A stretch of DNA of 64,000 bases from Convolutriloba macropyga (lineage: Eukaryota), in the NCBI RefSeq assembly GCF_964194025.1, contig NC_134470.1:52824001-52888000 (forward strand). Direction: 5' to 3'. The translations under genes and the position numbers were made by a program. The notes beneath the pieces were generated by a model. The model saw only the letters and a list, made by a program, of their open reading frames with translations. It was not told where the DNA came from and did no database searches. How positions within the stretch are numbered: the first letter of the stretch is position 1; each line of letters opens with the position of its first letter. Of the stretch, positions 12,396-23,184 are shown one piece after another.

Positions 12396-15300
12396 GAACC
12401 TAACAGCAAAACATAAAAAAAAATTGATTTAAAAAGAATGGCGCTATGACAGTAGATAAAAAGCAGAAATTGGGACAAATGATTGAAAATGAAATTTTTC
12501 ATGTTCGTAATGGCCAAATTTGATGGCGTTTTGATAGATTCATTGCACGTATCACAGTCCAACGAGAGATGCCATGGTAAACGAGCCATGGCAGATGAAA
12601 ACATAAGCTGACTATTATAGGACGGGTTGCTCCCAAACGACCGGCGGATAAGGTTAAACAGTAGCGGGCATAGTTAGAAACATTAGTGTGTAAACCAACG
12701 ACGGCAAAGTGGATGAATCCTCGGATCTCTAACCATAAAGCTCAAATGGCTTTGTTCCTCTTTCTCTCAGAGTTCTCATTGTATAAGCAAAAAATTTTAT
12801 TTCACAATGAGAGCAGCTTTGATGTCTCGAAAGGTCACGAGCGTGAAAAATTAAAATTTATTCAGGAACTCACAAAGATTGTTCTAGATTAAAACGAAGA
12901 TGACCAAAAATTAGCACAAAAAACACAAGTTAAAAACAATTGCTTCGAATATTATATACTTCGTTAACTTTGTGTGGAAAATGTTCTCAATTCAACAGCT
13001 TTGATATCGCAGAAGTTGTTAAAATCTGTCTGCTGAAGAACCAAAGTAATTTCATGAGATTAGTTATTTTTTCTGTGCCAGGGCCGACAACTATTTGAAA
13101 ATCAAGCTGCGCCAGCATGGTTGACTCCTTTTACTGTAATATTGTTCATCTATGTTTATGCTACGAGCAAAATTTTATCCTTGGCATCATGTTAGCAGGA
13201 AAATTTCAATTTAGAGGACTTGGACCGCTATATGCAATTCAATATTTTCTAATTTCTATTTTAAATGCTTGCAATATTCAATTTCCTTACCCCTAACACC
13301 ATAATAATAACCAAAACTTGCTAAAATATCATGGTGATAGGACAGCAAACCAGAAGCAAAAATTGAGACCAAATAATGGAAACGAAAATATCCGAGTTAA
13401 TGTCTACCTATCACATTTGAGCTAAAACGCCAAAAAATTATATGTACAGTTGAAGTAATATATTCGGTTTTGATAGTTTCATAACTCTCACGGTCTGAGT
13501 GATTGCCAAGCCTCAAGAGGCATGGCCGAATTTTAAAAAGCAATGTCAAAGCTTGCAAAACGCACTTCAGTGAAATGCTTTTTTAACGTGCATTTCCAAT
13601 AAGCCTAACCCCGTCATAACCAAAACTGGCTATCAAAACCAACAAAGAATTTATTCGAGTTCCTTTTGTCCGAATGAAATTAACTTTGTCAAACTTGCAG
13701 AAAGTGCTTCAGTACAGAAGCTAATTCGATTAATTGTCAATTTCGATCTGAAGTCTTAATTTCATTTGCTTGCATTAGATGTTCTTTCGATCTCCTGGGG
13801 AATCAAGGGTGAAATTTGTCACAAAAATAAGTATTCCCACGTTCAAGAGCTTTGAAATCAAATAGATTGCTAAAATCTGTCCGCTGATGATGAATAGCAA
13901 GCTCATTGCAAATAATTGATATCTAATTGATATCTTACTATATCGATTCTAGTTTATGTGTCTGCTTACTACGAGCAAAACCATATTATACACTTCGTTA
14001 ACTTTGTGTAGAAAATGTTGCCAATTCAACAGCTTTGATATCACAGAAGTTGTTAAAATCTGTTTGCTGAAGAACCAAAGTAACTTCATGAGATTAGTTA
14101 AACTTTCTGTGCCAGGGTCGACAACTATTTGAAAATCAAGCTGCGCCAGCATGGTTGATTCCATTTACTGTATTACTGTTCATCTATGTTTATGCTACGA
14201 GCAAAATTTTATCCGTGACATCATGTTAGCAGAAAGTTTTCAATTTAGAGGATTTGGACCGCTATATGCAATTCCATGTTATCTAACTTCTATTTTAAAT
14301 GCTTGCAACGTTCAATTCTCTTACTCCTAACACCATAATAATAACCAAAACTCGCTAAAATATAATGGTGATAGGACAACAAATCAGAAGCAAAATTGAG
14401 ACCAAATAGTGGAAACGAAGTTATCCGAGTTAATATCTACCTATCACATTTGAGCCAAAACGCCAAACATTTATATGTACAGTTAAGGTAATATGTTCGG
14501 TTTTGATAGTTTCATAACTCTTACGGTCTGAATGATGGCCAGGCCTCAAGAGGCGTGGCCGAATTTTAAAAAGCAATGTCAAAGCTTGCAAAACGCACTT
14601 CAGTGAAATGCTTTTTTTTACGTTCGTTTTCATTTAGCCTAACCCCGTCATAACCAAAACTGGCTATCAAAACCAACAAAGAATTTATTCGAGTTCCTTT
14701 TGTCCGAATGAAAATAACTTTGTCAAACTTGCAGAAAGTGATTCAGTACAGAAGCCAATTCGATTAATTTTCAATTTCGATCTGGTCTTAATTTCATTTG
14801 CTTGCATTAGATGTTCTTTCGATCTGCTGTCGAATCAAGCGTGAAATTTGTCACAAAAATAAATATTCCCACGTTCAAGAGCTTTGAAATCAAATAGATT
14901 GCTAAATTCTGTCCGCTGATGATGAATAGCAAGCTCATTGCAAATAATTGATATCTAATTGATATCTTACTATATCGATTCTAGTTTATATGTCTGTTTA
15001 CTACGAGCAAAACTATATTGTACACTTCGATAACTTTGTGTGGAAAATGTTCTCAATTCAACAGCTGTGATATCACAGAAGTTGTTAAAACCTGTCTGCT
15101 GAAGAACCAAAGTAATTTCATGAGATTAGGTAAATTTTCTGTGCCAGGGTCGAAATTTGTTTGAAAATCAAGCTGCGCCAGCATGTTTGATTCCATTTAC
15201 TGTATTACTGTTCATCTATGTTTATGCTACGAGCAAAATTTTATCCGTGACATCATGTTAGCAGAAAGTTTTCAGTTTAGAGGATTTGGACCGCTATATG

Positions 15301-16582
15301 CAATTCAATATTATCTAACTTCTATTTTAAATGCTTGCAACGTTCAATTCTCTTACTCCTAACACCATAATAATAACCAAAACTGGCTAAAAAACAATGG
15401 TGATAGGACAACAATTCAGAAGCAAAATTGAGACCAATTAGTGGAAGCGAAGTTATTTGAGTTAATATCTACCTATCACATTTGAGCCAAAACGCAAGCA
15501 TATATATGTACAGTTGAGGTAATATGTTCGGTTTTGATAGTTTCATAACTCTCGCGGTCTGAGTGATGGCCAAGCCTTGACAGACGTGGCCGAATTTTAA
15601 AAAGCAATATCAAAGCTTGCAAAAAGCGCTTCAGTGAAATGCTTTTTTACGTTTGTTTCCTAGCCTAACCACGTCATAACCAAAACTCGCTATTAAAACC
15701 AACAAAGAATTTATTCGAGTTACTTTTGTCCGAAGGAAAATAACTTTGTCAAACTTGCAGAAAGTGCTTCAGTAGAGAAGCCAATTCGATTAATTTTCAA
15801 TTTCGATCCGAGATCTTAATTTCAGTTGCTTGCATTAGATGTTCTTTCGATCTGCTGTCGAATCAAGCGTAAAATTTGTCACAAAAATACATGTTCCCAC
15901 GTTCAAGAGATTTGAAATCAAATAGATTGCTAAATTCTATCCGCTGATGATGAATAGCAAGCTCATTGCAAATAATTGATATCTAATTGATATCTTACTA
16001 TATCGATTCTAGTTTATATGTCTGTTTACTACGAGCAAACCTATATTATAAACTTCGTTAACTTTGTGTGGAAAATGTTCTCAATTAAACAGCTTTGATA
16101 TCACAGAAGTTGTTGAAACCTGTCTGCTGAAGAACCAAAGTAATTTCATGAGATTAGTTAAATTTTCTGTGCCAGGGTCGACAACTACTTGAAAATCAAG
16201 CTGCGCCAGCATGGTTGATTCCTTTTACTGTATTATTGTTCATCTATGTTTGTGCTACGAGCAAAAATATATCCGTGACATCATTTTAGCAGGAAATTTT
16301 CAATTAAGAGGAAATGGACCGCTATATGCAGATCAGTGTTATCTAACTTCTATTTTAAACGCTTGCAACGTTTAATTCCCTTACTCCTAACAGCACAATA
16401 ATAACAAAAACTGGCTAAAAAATAATGGTGATAGAACAGCTAATCAGAAGCAAAATTTGAGACCAAATAATGGAAACGAAGTTATCCGAGTTAATTTCTA
16501 CTTATCACATTTGAGCTAAAACGCCAAAAAATTATATGTACAGTTGAGGTAATATGTTCGGTTCTGATAGTTTCATAACTCT

Positions 16583-17003
16583 TTTGGTACGGTTGTACCA
16601 TATTAAGTTCATGTTTGATTACTTAGTACTAAGTTAATTTAAGTTTGCCCTTTTCAGGCTAAAAGTCACATTTCACATATAATCAGTTTGCCGCCGACTA
16701 ATAAGTCAACTTTTCAGTTTTTATCATATCTCCTACTTTTGATTATTTATTCATTCTCTAGAATCTTATCATTGAATTCAGTTGCTTCAATCTACTCTTT
16801 TTGCACTAAGAGCGATCCTATCGGATTCGAGGAGGAATTCCACATTCAATAATTTTGTCTGTAATCGCAGAACAATTGCAAAGTAAATCTAAAATTGGTA
16901 ATCCCACAACTTAGTAAAACTTGGATTCGAACCTCGAATCCATTCAACAAATTCTAAGTGAATTTGTGACACGAATCGTATCTCTAGGGTCAGGGATATC
17001 ACA
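16583..17003 (+). repeat. 5' LTR
   Basis: T(T)TGGTAC...GATATCACA; about 94% similar by eye to the 3' LTR. Confidence 0.93.
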
Positions 17004-20000
17004 TGGCGCAGTCAGCAACTAAAGAACGTGCACTACTTGGAATCGAGCTCTTTTGGGAAAAACCAACACTTGAACCTCCATTGCGATAGGATCGATGGCA
17101 GATCATGCTGAAATTAGCCATCATGGCTAAAGAAGGCATTTCAATTGATATTCTTCTTGGAGATCCGCCAGACAAAGTTATCCTACCTCCAGAGCCCATA
17201 TGCGAAGCTGACGTTGAAAACAGCACAGCTCAAAGCGAACGAGATCGACGAATCCGTAATGAGCAGTTGAAGAACTCGTGGTTAAACCATTGTCAGAAAA
17301 TAGAACTCGTAGATATACTATGTGGTGAAAAATCCTGGAAATATTGTGATAACAAAGCCATCTCCCTAACGTATCTCAGTTTGGGGATGGAGGGTAGACG
17401 AATATTTGGTTCCCAAGAACCAAAAATCCAGATTGATCGCGTAACAACAAAGGCTCTCTGGGAAAGTCTCGATAGAGTGTTTACTAAACAACGAAACATC
17501 ACATTTGACCGTTACACTTTTCTCACTAGAAAGCAAATGAAGGGAGAGCCTGTGGAAAAGTTTTATGATTGCCTTCGGGAATTATCTTTGAATTGTGATT
17601 TAGGAAGCCACGAGGAGTCGATCATTCGTGACGTCTTCATAGCTAGTATGCAAGATGGCGAAATCCAAAGGGAATTGTTAAAAGAAACACGAACGGCTAA
17701 AAAAGCTCTTGAAATTGCTATGAACATTGAAATGGGAATACAAAATCGACTAAAAATATCTGGATCTCCAGCTTCGACAACTACAAATGAAATTACAAGT
17801 CAGACGATAAATAATGTTCAGGGATCGTGGAATAGATCACGAGCGTCGACAAATCAGTTTGTGAAGCCAACAATTTGTCCAATTTGTGGCTATGGTTGGT
17901 CGCCATTTCATAGACAAAAATGTCCTGCCCGTGGCAGGAACTGTAAAAACTGCGGAATTGCTAACCACTTTGCAAAAGTTTGTCGAAAAACCAAAGAACC
18001 TAATAAACCCAAACCCAGAGTAAATTATGTAGATGACTAAGTTTCAGAGGCGGCTACAGTAGGTACGTCAGCAACAGCGGCCGATCAGGTCAACAATATA
18101 AATAGACTTCTACAGCAGCAGAGCATCTACGACGCGAACTATGACTCGGACTACGATGATTACGATGATAATTGTTTAGCGGCGATTTCAATTGAAAATG
18201 ACGTTCGTGAGGTGGAACCAGCAAATTTAGAAATTTCTTTCGGGAATACAAAAACAAAGGCATTGGTGAATTCGGGAAGCGTGTGTACTATCGTAAACAA
18301 AAGCTTAGCAGACACAGTGGTGTCCGAGTACAATGAAAGCTATTGGGTACTATCGCCAGAAATACACGATTTGAAAACTTTCTCTAATGATATAATCAAT
18401 TTTGTTGGCGTGATCAATACATAAACCAAATGCAATGATTGGATAGCCACGGGCGTTGATGTAACAGTAGTGGAAGACGGTCACAGACCCATCATTGGAC
18501 GAGATCTTTTTCCAAAGCTAGGTCTTTCTATTACTCAGTTGAAACAAGTTGCAAATATTGATCAAAACCAATGCCTAATCAAGAAACAGATTGCATTTGA
18601 TTTTCCAGATCTGGTCACTCGAATCGGTAAATCTTTAAAACATTCAGTCAAATCAACATTTCACAAAGAATTTACACCTACACATCAAAAAGGACGACGA
18701 GTTCCAATTAACTTTAAAATATATACCAAATGCCAATTATTGATAATTTAATTGACACAATTCAACAAAATTTGAACACATCGGCTTCACAAGAAACAGC
18801 ATATTTTTCAATTTTGGATTTGAAGTACGCATACAGTCAACTCAAATTAGACCCGGAAACGGCTCGGCATTGTAACTTCAATATCATTAGCGGTGAGCGA
18901 ACTGGAACATATCGCTTTATTACCGGTTTCTACGGATTAACTGATATGCCAGCAGCATTCCATAAAGTAATGGATTATACTTTAGTCGGACTCCAAAATA
19001 CCTATTGTTTCCTAGATGACATTATAGTAGTTAGCCGTGGTTCTAAAGAAGACCACTTAAAATTAGTATATAAATGCTTAAAGAAATTAGATGAGGATAA
19101 TTTACGAATAAACTTACCTAAATGTCATTTCGCTAAAACAGAAATTGAATGGCTAGGACATAAATTTAGTCAATTAGGAATTGCACCACTTGAGTCAAAA
19201 ACAGCGGCAATCGTTTCTCCATCAGCACCTAATAACCTAAAACAACTAGGATCATTCTTAGGTTCTGTTCATTACTTAGGAAAATTTATTCCTAATCTAT
19301 CACAATTGTGCCACCCTCTTCGACTATTACTAAAAAAGAATAGAAAATTTGTTTGAAATACTGAACTTGAAACTCACTTTCAAGCAATTAAAAATAAAAT
19401 CGAAAATGCAACAGAAAATACACATTATAATCCGCACTTGGAAACGCGAATCAATTGCGATGTTTCTAGAGCCGGACTAGGAGCAGCTATAGAACAACGC
19501 TCACCTACAGGTTGGCATACAGTTGCATTCGCGTCTCGTTTCCTCAACTCAAACGAGGAACGTTATAGTGTTAATGAACTTGAATTGTTAGGGGTTGTGT
19601 GGTCTGTAGAATATTTTAAATATTATTTGTTTGGCAAATCATTCACAATCATTACTGATCATCGAGCACTGCTTTCAATTATGAAAGAACATCGATCAAA
19701 TAAATCCTACAATAGTAGATTAACACGTTGGATAGATCGTCTTTTACCTTTTGATTTTAACATCGAACATATAATGGGTGCAAAAATGGGGCTGGTAGAT
19801 TACATTTCCCATCAACCAAATCAAGAAGCAAAAGTTACAAACAAATATGATGAGGAATTTGCGGTAGCAACAATTACCCGCATTCGTGACGCTATTGCTG
19901 CAATTTTCGTAAATACCACACCACAAAACTGCCAATCACAGCACTTTAACAGCGTCACTCACACACATTCAACACGTGCCTCGCATCCTCGCTTAACAAA

Positions 20001-22245
20001 CTATTCCAATTTGCTTTCTGCCTTAAATCGTAATACAACTCAGTTGCTTCTTGAGAATTCTGCAAACGCAACACTATTCCAATCTAGTTCAAATAAAACT
20101 TCGAACTCAACTTCAATCCCTACTCATTCAGAAATCCCTACACACGCATCACATATCTTTACAATTTCCACTAACACAATGAGCAACATAACATCCAACC
20201 CACAAACTCCTCCTACACACAGCCGAGTCACGTTTCAATCTACCCCCAATTCAGCAGTGAACACGACGAGATCATCTAACGAGGGTCAAAATTCACCAAA
20301 CTTGGACTTGTCGAAAGAAGAAGTCTTTGAAAATAACTTGACACAGTTATTCACTAAAGGCTTCTTGGCTGTTCTCACAAGCAAAGATGCCGTCCTTAAA
20401 GAGATGCGTGACTGCATCCTTCAGAACGACCCCCAAAGATGTAAGGAAGTGAATCCTTACATGTTCTCTTATTGGAGAGATCTCCACGTCCGCTCGGGTT
20501 GTGTTTGTATAGATGAAAGGGTAGCGATTCCTCATTCAATTCAGGACGCAGTTTTGGAAAGCCTTCATCTAACACACCCTGATAGTTGGGGAATGATAAC
20601 ACTCGGGCAGTACGCGTTCTGGCCGTACATGCACTGAGAAATCCTCAACAAGGCGGCTCAGTGCAAGCCTTGTACTGATATTGGTAAGAATCTTAAGCCC
20701 ATTGTTCCGGCGTCCAAATGGAAACCATTGCAGACATGTACAGAGCCTAATGAAGAAATACAAATTGATTTTGGAGGACCCATTACAACTGAAAAAGATC
20801 AAGATATTTATTTTCTTGCACGTATTGATCGTTTTTCAAAATTTCCCACTGTAGAAGTATTTGAAAAAGCTAATGGGCCAACTGTTCTTAAATTCTTAGA
20901 TGACTACATTCACATACATGGTGTACCCCGAAATATTAGACTAGCTCAAGCACGTTGCATAATTGGTAACAAAGTAAAAACTTTCTGTAAACAACATAAC
21001 ATTAACATACTCACTGCCCCTGCTAAAGATCATAGAGCTATAGGATTAGTAGAGCGTTTGATACAAACAATTAAAAGACGCTTAAGCTGCATGAAATTAG
21101 ATAATAGAAACAAATCATTCACAATTAAAGAAGCAATAAAGTCAATAGTCTATCAATTACGTATTTGCAAGCAAAAGACAACAAACGTAACACCTTTCGA
21201 AGCACATTTTGGAAGAAAGCCGAACACACCACTAAGTAACATAAGTACAGTACCAAAGTCATCTAATCCCTCATATGAAGATATTCTTCACCATTATTTA
21301 GATGCCGATACCGTCCCAGTAGAAGACTACGTTGACGAAAACGGTTGGGTCATAAGTGATCGTAGTGATATCCTCATAGAAGAGGCAATGCAGAAAGCAC
21401 AAGTAGATGCGGGACGCCGCTACAATGGGGATCACAATAAGTCCATTTCCCGTTTTATCGTGCATCCCAAACTTAACAACCCAATCCCTCGGACAGAACA
21501 GTCACTTGATCACAAATTGGCACGCAAAGTAACGAAGCGATCAAAACGGGACCTTCGTGGATTATGGGAAACTCTAGCACCGGGTAGTACAGTCGTACGA
21601 ACATCTGATACTACTACAGTTATTAAAGAACCTGGAATACCCGAAGTTTGCGTACGAAATAGTGACATCGACAAATTTGGCACTCGCGCAGAACGCAACA
21701 CAGACCTTTGGGAGTATGCAAAACGACGCCCTCTCCCCTATGAAAAAACCACGGAGGAAAAGATTTCACAGCATACCAAAGAGCTCAAAAAGAAATTCCG
21801 GGGGGAAATCAAAAGTCGTCACCGCCCGACCCAATCAGACGCAGCCTCGGGAGTCTCGTCTGCTAATAGCAATATTTCAAAGGCGATGGCATCTCGAAAA
21901 CCTAAAAAACCACAAGCAGGAGGCAAACGTTCCAGAAATACTACTGCAACCCTCAACACATCGAATGCTTCTTCTGTTGCTGCGTCTTCAGTAACATCTT
22001 CCGCCGATTCACCTTCAACGTCCCGAAATAATTCAACCCGACGCGCCCCCGACTATTTCGGTTTCGAAAGTTCTGCGTGCTCAGTAAGCGATGACTCTGC
22101 CGCCCCTGCACATAAGAAACAAAAGCCTGAAAATCCAGTAATCGCGACAACAATCCAGGAAGAGGCAGCTCAACCTTCTGCACCAGCGACCTATTATGAG
22201 TTACAAGTAGTGAGTCCTCCTGCACCCCCTCCTGTTCGAACATAG
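17003..22245 (+). pseudogene. Disrupted gag-pol polyprotein
   Basis: Gag with two Cys/His knuckles (CPICG..HRQKC, CKNCGIANHFAKVC); protease ALVNSGS (D->N); RT LDLKYAYSQL and FLDD with an N-terminal deletion/frameshift near 18710; RNase H CDVS..ELELL..TDH; integrase HHCC, QIDFGG, GLVER; stops at 17087, 18038, 18422, 19354, 20635. Confidence 0.93.
17004..17017 (+). promoter_or_regulatory. Primer-binding site complementary to the tRNA-Ser 3' end
   Basis: TGGCGCAGTCAGCA is the reverse complement of ...TGCTGACTGCG-CCA; TGGCGCAGTC is the tRNA-Ser PBS type of Drosophila 17.6/297 elements. Confidence 0.8.
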
Positions 22246-22769
22246 TCACCTGAGAGCTATGACTATGAGGATTATACAAGAGAAATAAGCATGAGCGTCT
22301 TTGACGCCGAAAATCAAATTTAAACTACAAACGATTATGTTCAATTTGTTAAATTGTTGCTTGTGTTAATTCTGAATTAATTAATCCTTCATTCTTAATT
22401 TAAATATGGATTCGTACCACTTGTGCGCTCATTTTGTGTTAATGTTCACTATTTATTTGCGTTTGTGTCTCAATTTCTTCAGTTAAAATTTGATGCTGCA
22501 TATGTATCCATATTCTAAATGTTATTACTTTCGGGGATTCGCACTTCGATTGTGCCTTAGTTTATGTTTTCTGTTTGTGCTTTCCAGTGAATGTTGAGAT
22601 TTTACATTGATTTTATTCTTTAAGCATAAGCCCCTCATTTCCATTGCCATGTCATCATTCATTTGCAGTTACTCACATTATTTTCTATTTATACTAACCA
22701 GTACACATGTTATTATTATTCAAAATTTTTACACTATTGCAGTTTAAAATTTCTCTCGAGCAGAGGATA

Positions 22770-23184
22770 TGTGGTACGGTTGTACCATATTAATGTTTGA
22801 TTACTTAGTACTAAATTAATTTAAGTTAATTTGTCAGGCTAAAAGTCACATTTCACATATAATTAATTTGCCGCCGACTAATAAGTCAACTTTTCAGTTT
22901 TGCTCAAATCTCCTACTTTTGATTATTTATTCATTCTCTAGAACCTTATCATTGAATTCAGTTGCTTCAATCTACTCTGTTTTTCACTAAGAGCGATCCT
23001 ATCGGATTCGAGGAGGAACTCCACACTCAATGATTTTGTCTGTAATCGCAGCACGATTGCAAAGTAAATCTAAAAGTGGTAATCCCACAACTTAGTAAAT
23101 CTTGGATTCGCACCTCGAATCCATTCAAAAAATTCTAAGTGGATTTGTGACACGAATCGTATCTCTACGGTCAGGGATATCACA
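22770..23184 (+). repeat. 3' LTR
   Basis: TGTGGTAC...GATATCACA directly after the PPT. Confidence 0.93.

Larger units (their letters stand above)
16583..23184 (+). mobile_element. Full-length, inactivated Ty3/Gypsy LTR retrotransposon
   Basis: LTRs 16583-17003 and 22770-23184; PBS 17004-17017; PPT GAGCAGAGGATA 22758-22769; TSD ACTCT/GCTCT; gag-PR-RT-RH-IN order; satellite sequence resumes exactly after the 3' LTR. Confidence 0.96.

Noticed and set aside
13884-13915. CTGATGA (and paralogous CTGAAGA) in every satellite A unit as a hammerhead ribozyme core or snoRNA C box
   Set aside because: No GAAA after a plausible stem II, no stems I/III, and no D box with terminal stem at a suitable distance
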